DNA of 32,000 bases from Vibrio vulnificus CMCP6 (GTDB lineage: Bacteria; Pseudomonadota; Gammaproteobacteria; Enterobacterales; Vibrionaceae), in NCBI RefSeq assembly GCF_000039765.1, contig NC_004459.3:330001-362000 (forward strand). The letters are read 5' to 3'. The translations under genes were made by a program, and so were the position numbers. The notes below the pieces were generated by a model. That model searched no databases, had not been told where the DNA came from, and was given only the letters and a program-made list of their open reading frames with translations. This document shows, in pieces, positions 10,069 to 19,554 of the stretch; the stretch's first letter is position 1; each line of letters opens with the position of its first letter.

Positions 10069-11214
10069 CTAGCTGGTCAAATCGTCAAAGAACTTCTTAA
10101 CACCATTAAAGAAGCCTTCTGATTTTGGTTTGTGCTTGGTGGCCGCTTCACCACAGCAAGACTCTTCAAACTCTTTCAGCAACTCTTTTTGACGTGAACT
10201 CAAGTTCACTGGCGTCTCGACCACAAGTTTCACAATCAAATCACCGATTGCGCCGCCGCGAACGCCTTTTACGCCTTTGCCACGCATACGGAACATGCGG
10301 CCCGTTTGGGTCTCTGATGGTACTTTCAAATTCACACGGCCATCGAGTGTCGGCACTTCCACTTCGCCACCCAGTGCCGCCATAGCAAAACTTACTGGCA
10401 CTTCACAGTAAAGGTTGTTGCCTTCACGTTCAAAGATGTGGTGCTCTCTTACGTGTACTTGTACATACAAATCTCCCGCTGGGGCGCCGCGCTCACCCGC
10501 TTCCCCTTCACCAGAGAGACGAATGCGATCGCCTGTGTCAACCCCTGCTGGAATCTTAACATTGAGCGTTTTGGTTTTCTGCTTGCGGCCTTGACCATGA
10601 CACACATTACATGGGTCTTTGATGATCTTGCCTTTGCCGTGACAGGTTGGACAGGTTTGCTGTACAGCGAAGAAACCTTGGCGCATCTGAACCTGACCAT
10701 GGCCATGACAGGTACCACAGGTTTCAGCTGAAGTGCCTTTCTTCGCCCCCGTGCCTTCACAAGTGTCACAATGAACCAATGTCGGAACTTCAATTTCCTT
10801 CGAGACGCCACGTACGGCTTCTTCTAGCGACAGTTCCATGTTGTAGCGCAGATCGGCACCACGCTGTGGACGAGCGTGACCACCACCACGGCGACCACCA
10901 CCAAAAATATCGCCAAAAACGTCGCCGAAGATGTCACCAAAGTCAGCACCACCGCCACCAAAACCACCGCCGAAGCCGCCACCGCCTTGTTCAAATGCAG
11001 CGTGGCCATATTGATCGTAAGCTGCTTTTTTCTGTGGATCGGTCAGAATTTCGTACGCTTCTTTTACTTCTTTAAACTTATCCGCAGCAGACTCGTCACC
11101 CTGATTGCGATCTGGGTGAAATTTCATAGCCAAGCGCTTATACGCCTTTTTGATGTCTCGCTCTGAGGCATCGCGGCTAACGCCTAATACTTCGTAAAAA
11201 TCACGTTTTGACAT
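10069..11214 (-). CDS. dnaJ: molecular chaperone DnaJ (Hsp40)
   Basis: J-domain with HPD (KFHPDRN), a G/F-rich linker, and four CxxCxGxG zinc-finger repeats ([32 protein letters not shown]). Start set at [12 protein letters not shown] (11214), Met6 of the ORF. Confidence 0.97.
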   Translation of the reverse strand: MSKRDFYEVLGVSRDASERDIKKAYKRLAMKFHPDRNQGDESAADKFKEVKEAYEILTDPQKKAAYDQYGHAAFEQGGGGFGGGFGGGGADFGDIFGDVFGDIFGGGRRGGGHARPQRGADLRYNMELSLEEAVRGVSKEIEVPTLVHCDTCEGTGAKKGTSAETCGTCHGHGQVQMRQGFFAVQQTCPTCHGKGKIIKDPCNVCHGQGRKQKTKTLNVKIPAGVDTGDRIRLSGEGEAGERGAPAGDLYVQVHVREHHIFEREGNNLYCEVPVSFAMAALGGEVEVPTLDGRVNLKVPSETQTGRMFRMRGKGVKGVRGGAIGDLIVKLVVETPVNLSSRQKELLKEFEESCCGEAATKHKPKSEGFFNGVKKFFDDLTS

Positions 11215-11423
11215 ATTGTTCGTCACCAATTAATTACTGCAAACGGTTGATTCCGCTTGGTGTTTGTATCGATATAGATAAAGGTTCGACGTTTGAAAAC
11301 AATGAAGTCCTTTATCTATAAGTACACAGGTATTTACAAACTTACGGGCGTAAGAGTTACCCCAAACGCCCGCAAACAGGAAGTTCAACACCAGATGGCG
11401 TATTGCCATCTGGTTAAACAAGA

Positions 11424-13334
11424 TTATTTCTTGTCGTCTTTCACTTCTTCAAACTCTGCATCAACAACATCGTCTTCTTGAGACTGAGCACCAGCTTCCG
11501 CTGAACCTTGTTGTGCTTGAGCTTGTTGCTGAGCGATTTCCATTAGCTTCTGAGCTGCAGCCATTAGCGCTTGGATTTTCGCTTCGATCGCTTCTTTGTC
11601 TTCGCCTTTACGAGCTTCTTCAAGTTCGCTGATTGCTGTTTCGATCTTCGCCTTCTCATCTGCTGGTAGCGCTTCGCCCGCTTCTTCTACTTGCTTGCGT
11701 GTACCGTGGATGATTTGGTCAGCTTGGTTACGTGCAGTTGCTAACTCTTCGAACTTTTTGTCCGCTTCTTTGTTTGCTTCTGCTTCTTGTACCATTTTCT
11801 CAATCTCAGCGTCGCTTAAACCGCCAGAAGCTTGGATAGTGATCTTCTGCTCTTTACCAGTCTGCTTATCTTTCGCAGATACGTGTAGGATACCATCCGC
11901 ATCAAGGTCGAAAGTGACTTCGATCTGTGGCATACCACGTGGTGCAGGGTTGATACCTTCAAGGTTGAACTGACCTAGCGACTTGTTGTACATCGCTTGT
12001 TTACGCTCACCTTGTAGCACGTGAATCGTTACCGCACTCTGGTTATCTTCTGCTGTCGAGAACACTTGGTTCGCTTTGGTTGGGATAGTAGTGTTCTTCT
12101 CAACCAACTTCGTCATTACACCACCCATAGTCTCGATACCTAGAGACAGCGGTGTTACGTCTAGTAGAAGAACGTCTTTAACATCACCTGCTAGTACACC
12201 ACCTTGAACAGCCGCACCTACCGCTACTGCTTCGTCTGGGTTTACATCACGACGTGGTTCTTTACCAAAGAACTCTGTTACTTTCGCTTGAACCATAGGC
12301 ATACGAGTCTGACCACCCACTAGGATAACGTCAGTGATGTCACCTACTGAAAGATCTGCATCCGCAAGCGCAACTTTTAGCGGCTCTAGTGAACGTTGAA
12401 CTAGGTCTTCAACCAGTGATTCTAGCTTCGCACGTGTCACTTTGATGTTCATGTGCTTAGGACCCGTTGCATCTGCCGTGATGTATGGCAGGTTTACGTC
12501 AGTCTGGTTAGTAGAAGACAGTTCGATCTTCGCTTTTTCTGCCGCTTCTTTAACGCGCTGCATTGCTAGTGGATCGTTCTTCAGATCGATACCTTGATCT
12601 TTCTTGAATTCTGCTACTAGGTAGTTGATTAGACGGTTGTCAAAGTCTTCACCACCAAGGTGAGTGTCACCGTTGGTTGCTAGTACTTCAAAGGTTTTCT
12701 CGCCTTCAACTTCATCGATTTCGATGATAGAGATATCGAATGTACCGCCACCTAGGTCGTATACTGCGATAGTGCGATCACCACCTTGCTTGTCTAGGCC
12801 GTATGCTAACGCTGCCGCAGTTGGTTCGTTGATAATACGCTTAACTTCTAGACCCGCGATACGACCAGCGTCCTTTGTTGCTTGACGCTGAGCATCGTTA
12901 AAGTATGCAGGAACGGTAATTACTGCACCTGTTACTTCTTCACCTAGGAAGTCTTCTGCTGTTTTCTTCATTTTCTTAAGAACTTCAGCAGAAACCTGAG
13001 GAGCTGCCATTTTTTGGCCTTTCGCTTCAACCCAAGCATCACCGTTATCTGCCTTCACAATTTTGTATGGCATGATTTCGATGTCGCGCTGAACTTCTTC
13101 ATCTTCAAAACGACGACCAATCAAACGCTTGATTGCAAATAGCGTGTTTTCTGGGTTTGTTACCGCTTGACGTTTTGCAGGTTGACCAACAAGAGTCTCA
13201 CCATCGGTATAAGCGATAACTGAAGGAGTTGTGCGCTCACCCTCCGCATTTTCGATTACACGTGGTTTGTCGCCGTCTAGTACAGCAACACAAGAGTTAG
13301 TAGTACCTAAGTCAATACCAATGATTTTACCCAT
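11424..13334 (-). CDS. dnaK: molecular chaperone DnaK (Hsp70)
   Basis: 636 aa. Hsp70 signatures [22 protein letters not shown] and [11 protein letters not shown]. Confidence 0.99.
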
Positions 13335-13378
13335 CTGGCTATCTCCAAATAAATTCTATTTTCTTTTGCTTTATCCCC

Positions 13379-13408
13379 TATATGGGGATCGACAATGGGG
13401 ATTCAACC
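13379..13408 (-). promoter_or_regulatory. sigma-32 heat-shock promoter, proximal (dnaK)
   Basis: Minus strand reads GGGTTGAAT-N13-CCCCATATA. The -10 fits the consensus CCCCATNTA exactly, and the -35 is TTGAA. It lies ~45 nt upstream of the dnaK ATG. Confidence 0.7.
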
Positions 13409-13454
13409 CTTACTCACAAAACCAAAATAAGTTGTGTGTTTCACTTATGCCTCA

Positions 13455-13486
13455 TAAATAGGGGCGTCAAAAACCTTTTCAAGGGG
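13455..13486 (-). promoter_or_regulatory. sigma-32 heat-shock promoter, distal (dnaK)
   Basis: Minus strand reads CCCCTTGAA-AAGGTTTTTGACG-CCCCTATTTA. The -35 matches CCCTTGAA, and the -10 is close to CCCCATNTA. Confidence 0.65.
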
Positions 13487-13535
13487 CAACAAGAAAAAAA
13501 GTGATATTTTTTTATTGGATTCGAGTCATCAGATG

Positions 13536-13557
13536 GCGGAGCCAATATCCGCTCCGC
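13536..13557 (-). terminator. GC-rich hairpin downstream of the zinc-cluster permease
   Basis: GCGGAGC-N8-GCTCCGC forms a 7-bp stem 18 nt beyond the permease stop. No clear U-tract, so this is tentative. Confidence 0.35.
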
Positions 13558-13574
13558 ACAATTGAAAGGATAAT

Positions 13575-14360
13575 TTAAGACGAGAGAGGACGAGAATCTG
13601 CGCGTTGAGAATATAAACTCGCTAGCTTAACCATCACGCCAACGGCGCCGACACCTGCCATGGTCAGCACAATACTGGGCCCGACCGGATAATCTCCCCA
13701 CAATGACATCAAAAAGCCCGTGCTCCCACCGACAATACCAAGGCTTATCGCCGCCCACCAATAGAGCGAAGTTCGAAAGAGCAAGGCAAACAGAGCGGGC
13801 AAAATGAGTGCGGCAAATTCAAGATAAACCCCTAGGTTGATCACCAAAGGCGGAACCGCCAAAGCAAACAGCAGATAGAATTTTGCCCCCTCCAACCAAT
13901 GAGAACGCAACCATTGCACCCAAAGCAAACTGAGCGTCACCATCAAAACCAACCCAACATCAGTGATGTCTGTCCATAGCAAGCGGCCACCCAGCAGCGA
14001 ATCAATCAACTCTTTACCATGTGCCTGAACGCTCACCACATTGATGGAAACGCACGCAGCAATGACATACAGCAGACCAATCATGGCTTCCAAATGCGGC
14101 GTCGCTCGATGCTCTAAATAGCTGAGTAACCCAGCCACTGGTAAAGTCAATAAATACGAAGCCAGTACTTTACTCAGCAAACTGGCTTCAAACCCCGCAT
14201 AGAGCTCTACGATGATCATCGCCAGTGCCGAGATTTGTGCCATGGCCAAATCAATAAAGACCACTCCACGGCGTAACACTTGCCTTCCTAAAATGATGTT
14301 ACTCACCAAAGCCAGTAACCCAATGGCCACTGGTGTCATTAGCCAGATGTGATCACTCAT
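13575..14360 (-). CDS. ABC-3 family metal (zinc) transporter permease, ZnuB-like
   Basis: 261 aa with ~8 TM segments. Colinear similarity to E. coli ZnuB: [21 protein letters not shown] vs [28 protein letters not shown]...D vs LFGDLLAV..ED, and YPVGPSIVL vs TPAGPSVVL. The ATGA start overlaps the upstream stop. Confidence 0.8.
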   Translation of the reverse strand: [261 protein letters not shown]

Positions 14361-15268
14361 GGCGCACTTCTCAACTGAAGCAGTTGCGCAATACTGTCAT
14401 CAATCAGCGCGATCAGATCACTGGCCTGCTCTCTTCCTCCAACACTTTGAGCCAACTGCACAATCGGCAACTGGCTTCGCTGGGCCAGCCAGTTGGCCGC
14501 ATCCACAGGTTGATGGCTGGAGTAGACGATACCACTCACCTGACTCAAATCGAGCTGATTCAACTTTTGCAGATGCGCCATCGTCGGTGGCAGTCCGGGC
14601 TTTGGTTCAAGATCTGCTACTTGTTCTATTCCCAACCAAGCATAAAGGTAGCGATAGGTCTGGTGGTAACCCACCACTTGCATATCTCGTAATGATCTTG
14701 CTTGCTCACGCCAAACGGACAAACGTTTTTGCCACGCATGACGAAACTTTACCCCCATCCCTTTATATAGGGACTGATTGTCTGGATCGATAAGCGCAAG
14801 CCTATCCGCTAACGCGCGAGACACCGCTGGCATATCGGCCAGTGCAAATTGGACGTGAGGATTACCGTGTGCGTGCACATCGCCCATAGCACGATCAAGC
14901 TGCTCATGTTTATCCAACATTTGCACATAGTCACTGACCCAAAACAGCCCCGTTTGCCCGTTTTGTACTTTCGGGTTGCGGCTTTGTCTTTGCAGTTCAG
15001 GTAGCCAACCGATCTCCAGCTCAGCGCCAGAACAGACCACCAGATCTGCACGGCGCATTTGTGCAATCAGTGATGGCCTAGCTTGAACATAGTGCGGATC
15101 TTGCATCGCCGTGGTTGCAGAGTAAATCCGGGCATCAGGCGCGTGCTGGCGGACCAAATCTGCCCAATCCGGCTGGCAGACAAAGACATTTAGCCCTGCG
15201 ATGCTCGGCATGCTCAAAAGTAACAGCGACAAACAAACACTAAAACGCATGAGCATGGTGCGCTCCAA
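14357..15268 (-). CDS. periplasmic metal (zinc)-binding protein, ZnuA/TroA cluster-9 family
   Basis: Signal peptide MLMRFSVCLSLLLLSMPSIAG. His ligand motifs DPHY and HAHGNPHV are typical of ZnuA-like SBPs. Start is ambiguous (15268, 15256 or 15250), and every option overlaps the upstream OMP gene. Confidence 0.8.
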   Translation of the reverse strand: MERTMLMRFSVCLSLLLLSMPSIAGLNVFVCQPDWADLVRQHAPDARIYSATTAMQDPHYVQARPSLIAQMRRADLVVCSGAELEIGWLPELQRQSRNPKVQNGQTGLFWVSDYVQMLDKHEQLDRAMGDVHAHGNPHVQFALADMPAVSRALADRLALIDPDNQSLYKGMGVKFRHAWQKRLSVWREQARSLRDMQVVGYHQTYRYLYAWLGIEQVADLEPKPGLPPTMAHLQKLNQLDLSQVSGIVYSSHQPVDAANWLAQRSQLPIVQLAQSVGGREQASDLIALIDDSIAQLLQLRSAP

Positions 15269-16418
15269 ATGACATCACGTATTGCAGGCTAAATAAGGTC
15301 TCATCACCATCAACGTTTTCTTCATAGGTCACCTGACCACGAATGCGACCAAAATGGGAAGCATGCCAATCCAGCGCGACATCCCACTCTTTCAGATCGC
15401 CACGAGAAAACTCACCATGCAAGTGATCACCATGAGCATGCACTTCTCCTTCCACAGTCCGCACTTCCCCATAACGTGTACTCATGGTCCAACTCGGATG
15501 GAATTGATAAGCCAGCTCCGCATACCAACCTTGTGCAGATTGCTCCGCTCCAGGCACACTCGCCATTGGCGGATCAAATCGATTGTCTAAATACCAAAAT
15601 TCACTGCTGGCTCTCAGATTGGTTTGACGATAGTTACCTTCCGGTGCCCATTTCCAAGTGAAATCCGTACCGTATAAATGACGCCCGGTTATCACGGGCC
15701 CATGCGAATGGCTCGCGTGATCATGATGATGGTCATGCGCACTGTGATCCGATGACTCTGAATGAACAAACTGACGACCATTGGCATTGTAAAGCGCGCT
15801 CACTCCCCAACGCCAACTGTGCTCCACACCTAAGTCTGCGCCAATTTGCACGTTCGCGGTATACACACCAACATTCACCGGATCGCTATACCCTGCATCC
15901 AAAGGTTTTCCACTTAATGCTTCGATGCTCGTCTGCAGATAAAAATCGGTCGGCGCTAACCAACTCATTTGAACGCCATCATCGAAATAGTGACCACCAA
16001 GAAATGCGCGATAAACAGCTGGGCGTTCGATAAATGCATCTTCATGCATGTGTTTATTGTTTAGGTAACCAATGTGAGAGAGTAATCTCCCCGCTTTCAG
16101 TTTGAATCCCAGCGGTAAACTGAGCGTTTCTATCCAAGCCTCTTCGAGCTCAAGCTCAGTTTCTCCCCCATGGCTCGCCAGTACCGTAACGAGCTGACCT
16201 TTGAAGTGATGATCAATGTTACTGCTTAGTACAAGCTCAGAATGACCAAGCGAAAATCCCTTGTCACGGCTTCCCCAATGGCGAGATTCATTTTGATAAC
16301 TGCCATCCAGAACGACGCCAATATCAATATTTGCGTTTACCGCTGAACTACTGATGAGCATGGCACCACACAAAAACAACCTACTCTTCTTTACTGCTGG
16401 GACTCTCACGACATCCAT
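15240..16418 (-). CDS. His-rich outer-membrane beta-barrel (porin-like) protein, first gene of the Zur-box operon
   Basis: Signal peptide ...LISSSAVNA|NIDIG. Alternating beta-strand pattern and a C-terminal aromatic residue (...HHAHAF). His-rich loop SESSDHSAHDHHHDHASHSHGP. Family not recognised by eye. Confidence 0.6.
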   Translation of the reverse strand: MDVVRVPAVKKSRLFLCGAMLISSSAVNANIDIGVVLDGSYQNESRHWGSRDKGFSLGHSELVLSSNIDHHFKGQLVTVLASHGGETELELEEAWIETLSLPLGFKLKAGRLLSHIGYLNNKHMHEDAFIERPAVYRAFLGGHYFDDGVQMSWLAPTDFYLQTSIEALSGKPLDAGYSDPVNVGVYTANVQIGADLGVEHSWRWGVSALYNANGRQFVHSESSDHSAHDHHHDHASHSHGPVITGRHLYGTDFTWKWAPEGNYRQTNLRASSEFWYLDNRFDPPMASVPGAEQSAQGWYAELAYQFHPSWTMSTRYGEVRTVEGEVHAHGDHLHGEFSRGDLKEWDVALDWHASHFGRIRGQVTYEENVDGDETLFSLQYVMSFGAHHAHAF

Positions 16419-16463
16419 CTCCGATTAATTAATGATAATACGTCTCAAAACTATTGAATGAGA

Positions 16464-16486
16464 CAAATGTTATGTTATAACATTTC
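16464..16486. promoter_or_regulatory. Zur box (zinc uptake regulator operator) in the divergent promoter region
   Basis: CAAATGTTATGTTATAACATTTC compared with the gammaproteobacterial Zur consensus GAAATGTTATANTATAACATTTC. Only two defined positions differ. It is centred between the OMP ATG (16418) and the lipoprotein ATG (16558). Confidence 0.85.
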
Positions 16487-16557
16487 ATAAATCAATCTAA
16501 CCTACTAAGTTTATTCGCTAGGTTTATTCCATCGTTCAAATGAAAGGACATCGTTAA

Positions 16558-17843
16558 ATGCAACCCCTGTTGACCACCAAAGTTACATACACCGCACTCT
16601 CTCTGGCCGTCATGCTGACACTCAGTGGCTGTAGCGAAGGCGAGAACAAAGCAGACCATCACAATCATCAAGATTCAGACCACACGCCATCCTCCATGAG
16701 CCGTTTGGTCGTCACAGAACAAGGCAGCACTAACCTCTACGTTCTTGAAGGCAAAAATTGGGCACCATTGGAACAATTCAATTTACAAAATACGCCATCT
16801 GGCCTGAAAACCAGCCCAGGTGGGCGCTACGCGTTGGCCCTGCAGCGCACTCAAAACCTCGTGGAAGTTCTCGATTCTGGTATTGAAGCAGAAGCGCATG
16901 GCGATCATTTCCATTTACACGTAGAGCGTCCGCAATTACTCACGACCCAGTATCAGGGCATCAAACCAACGCATTACGATCTTAGTGACGACGCTGCGGC
17001 GCTCTTTTTTGATGGCGACAGCAACAGCGGAGAAAACGCAGAGTTTCGAGTATTAAATGATGCCAGCATCGCCAATGGCACTGCCCTAGCTCATTACACC
17101 TTTGGGTATGCCGTGCACGGCACCGCGCAACTGTTTGGGGAACATGCGTTTACCGGTATGTCGACAATCGGCCAATCCCGCCGCTTTGCCAAAAGTCGTG
17201 GCTCTTGAACGACAACGGTGACCATTTTCACGAATTGAGCACCTCAACCGATGCGTGCCCCGCTCTTCACGGCAGTGCACAATCCAAAACACAAGTGGCT
17301 TTTGCGTGTAGTGATGGCGTGATCGTTGTTGATACACCCAATGCCACCCCGCAATTCACTAAACTCGCCAATCCGGCAGGTTTAGACACAGGATCTCGAT
17401 TTGGCACTGTGGTGGGTTTTGATGCTGCGGATAAACTGTTGTTTCTCACTCGTCAGGCTCAAGCCTTTTATCTCGCCCAAGGGGAGCTGAAAGAGGTCAA
17501 TTGGAAATCTTCTCCGGAGGAAGGCGCACTAGCTCATTATGCCGCTAACGACGCCTTGGTTGTGGTGAGCTCCAACGGCACATTGAAAGTGTTTAATGCC
17601 GCGGCGAATTTCATTCAAAGCCACAATATAACTTTATGGGAAACGCCACCAGCGTTGGCGGAAGGACAAAAAATTCAGTTAACGGGAGACAAACGTACAG
17701 GTCATCTTATTGTGAGCGATCCTGCCAATAACCAACTGCTAGAAATCGACCTTGTCAAAGAAGAGGTCCGTCAACATCCGCTTGGTTTTGTTCCTCACTT
17801 ACTCACTTGGGTAGGGACCGTAGAACAAGAACACCAGCATTGA
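16558..17843 (+). pseudogene. His-rich periplasmic lipoprotein, possibly an AztD/ZrgA-like zinc chaperone, split by a frameshift into ORFs 16558-17208 and 17205-17843
   Basis: Lipobox LTLSGC. His-rich N-terminus ADHHNHQDSDH. The GDHFH motif occurs in both halves (HGDHFHLH and NGDHFHEL). Frame 0 is already open from 17061, so the two ORFs overlap as frames of one gene. The total of ~428 aa fits a single protein. Confidence 0.6.
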
Positions 17844-17900
17844 TGCTTGACGCTTGATGTACTCAATGAGCAAAAGAGGGGGCATCATTTCAAAGTACAA

Positions 17901-17928
17901 AAAAGCGAAGCCGCTAGGCTTCGCTTTT
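17901..17928. terminator. bidirectional rho-independent terminator (lipoprotein gene / DAACS transporter)
   Basis: AAAAGCGAAGCC-GCTA-GGCTTCGCTTTT forms a 12-bp perfect stem. Confidence 0.8.
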
Positions 17929-17948
17929 GTTTCGCAGAAAAAGTGTGC

Positions 17949-19229
17949 TTACGCATTCGCTGTGGTTGAAGGCGCTGTTTGCGCTTCGTCCGCTTCCACA
18001 CCAATTTCCCCTTCAGATTTCGCAACGATGGTATTCACCGCGGTATCGCCTACTACGTTAGACGAAGTACAGAACATATCGTTGATACGGTCTACCGCGG
18101 CAATAATAGCAAGGCCTTCAGGTGGTAAACCAAGTTGATGAAGCAGTACACCCACCATCACTACGCCACCGCCAGGTACGCCACCAGCACCAATCGAAAG
18201 CAGAAGAATCGTCAAGCCCAGTGTGAAGATGTCTGCCGTGTTAATTGGCTGGCCAAATGCGTTTGCCACAAACATGGTCGCCAACGCAATGTAAATAGAC
18301 ACGCCTGACATGTTCATGGTCGCGCCCAGTGGCACACCAAAACCAGCCACAGACTTAGATACATTAAGCTTCTCAGTCAGGGTTCTCATGGTCACAGGAA
18401 TGGTTGCATTCGAACTCGCGGTCGATAACGAGAACAAGATCTGCTCGCGAGTCGCACGCAAAAATGCCTTGGGTGTGATCCCAGTAGTAATGCCCACCAC
18501 CATTGGGTAGAAGAAGAAGATCCAAAACACCAGCATGGCCACAACCAACGCGACATAGCCTGCAACCGACATCAGCGTGTTGGCATCCAAAGTCGCTCCA
18601 AGTTGAATCATCAGAGCAAACACACCGTAAGGCGCAAGGCTCATCACAAGGCCAACCAGTTTCATCATGATCTCATTGGCCATTTTGAAAGTACGGATAG
18701 CAGGGCCACCACGAGAATCCAGCGCTTGGATTGCCAAACCGGTCAAAATCGCCATAAAGATGATTTGCAGCATGTCACCATTGGCGAAAGCTTGCACTGG
18801 GTTGCTTGGCACAATGTTCACTACCAACGAAAAGATATCCGGTGTTTCCGTTGTGGTCAGTTTTACCGTTTCTGAAATGGTACCCGCAAGATGTGCATCC
18901 GCCCCTGGTTGGAAGATAAGACCAACTGTCAGCGCTGCCGCAATCGCAATAATGGTATTGATAATGTAAAGCGCAAAAGTTTTACCACCAAGGCGACCAA
19001 ACGCAGTAATGTCTTTTAGGTCAACAATGCCACACACAATCGAAACATAAACAAGTGGCACAACCAGCAGCTTGATTAGCGATACAAACATACCACCAGC
19101 GCCCTCTGCGGCACCCAGCAAATAAGTATCAAAGATAGTAACGCCACTAAAGAGATACTGAATAGCAGTACCGATAAGTAGACCAGCAAACAAGCCTACA
19201 AAAATCTTACTTGAAAGTGATTTATCCAT
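17949..19229 (-). CDS. dicarboxylate/amino acid:cation symporter (DAACS, GltP/DctA-type)
   Basis: 426-aa polytopic protein. DAACS-like motifs STASSNATIPV, GATMNMSG and AAVDRINDMFCTSSNVVGD. Confidence 0.85.
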   Translation of the reverse strand: MDKSLSSKIFVGLFAGLLIGTAIQYLFSGVTIFDTYLLGAAEGAGGMFVSLIKLLVVPLVYVSIVCGIVDLKDITAFGRLGGKTFALYIINTIIAIAAALTVGLIFQPGADAHLAGTISETVKLTTTETPDIFSLVVNIVPSNPVQAFANGDMLQIIFMAILTGLAIQALDSRGGPAIRTFKMANEIMMKLVGLVMSLAPYGVFALMIQLGATLDANTLMSVAGYVALVVAMLVFWIFFFYPMVVGITTGITPKAFLRATREQILFSLSTASSNATIPVTMRTLTEKLNVSKSVAGFGVPLGATMNMSGVSIYIALATMFVANAFGQPINTADIFTLGLTILLLSIGAGGVPGGGVVMVGVLLHQLGLPPEGLAIIAAVDRINDMFCTSSNVVGDTAVNTIVAKSEGEIGVEADEAQTAPSTTANA

Positions 19230-19457
19230 CCTTCACTCCAGAATGTTGTGTTTTTAATTTATGGTTTTGTAGTTAAAACCGCCTATATTTCAGACGGAGT
19301 TCGCACATAATACACACTTGAGTTACAAAATGAAGTATTTGTTTACAATAATGATACAAATTTCCAATCAGAAATTAATTTTCAGTTAAAGGAAAAGCAA
19401 AGAATAATCGACTAAATCAAAGGGTTGGTTTACTAGGTGCGGGGGCTTAGGAGACAT

Positions 19458-19481
19458 AAAAAAGAGCGGCAAAAGCCGCTC
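19458..19481 (-). terminator. rho-independent terminator of grpE
   Basis: Minus strand reads GAGCGGC-TTTT-GCCGCTC followed by TTTTTT. It lies 30 nt beyond the full-length (frame-corrected) grpE stop at 19511. Confidence 0.8.
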
Positions 19482-19554
19482 TGTGTGTTTGAATCGGTCT
19501 ATCAGTTCGCTTATTTCGCAACCATAACCATCGCAGGACGAATCACTCGACCAT

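Noticed and set aside
10125-13461. Many 60-140-aa ORFs antisense to or overlapping dnaJ and dnaK, for example 10647-11075, 10876-11166, 11596-11973 and 12664-12885.
   Set aside because: They sit inside strongly conserved chaperone genes. Their low-complexity translations (Ser/Ala/Thr or His/Arg runs) mirror the G/F-rich and Ala/Glu-rich regions of the real genes. The same reasoning applies to short overlapping ORFs inside frmA, the AbgT-family gene, recN, the DAACS gene and the zinc-cluster genes.
16424-16442. ATTAATTAATGATAATACG upstream of the His-rich OMP gene resembles half a Fur box (GATAATGATAAT...).
   Set aside because: Only the left half matches. The adjacent near-perfect Zur box is sufficient to explain regulation.
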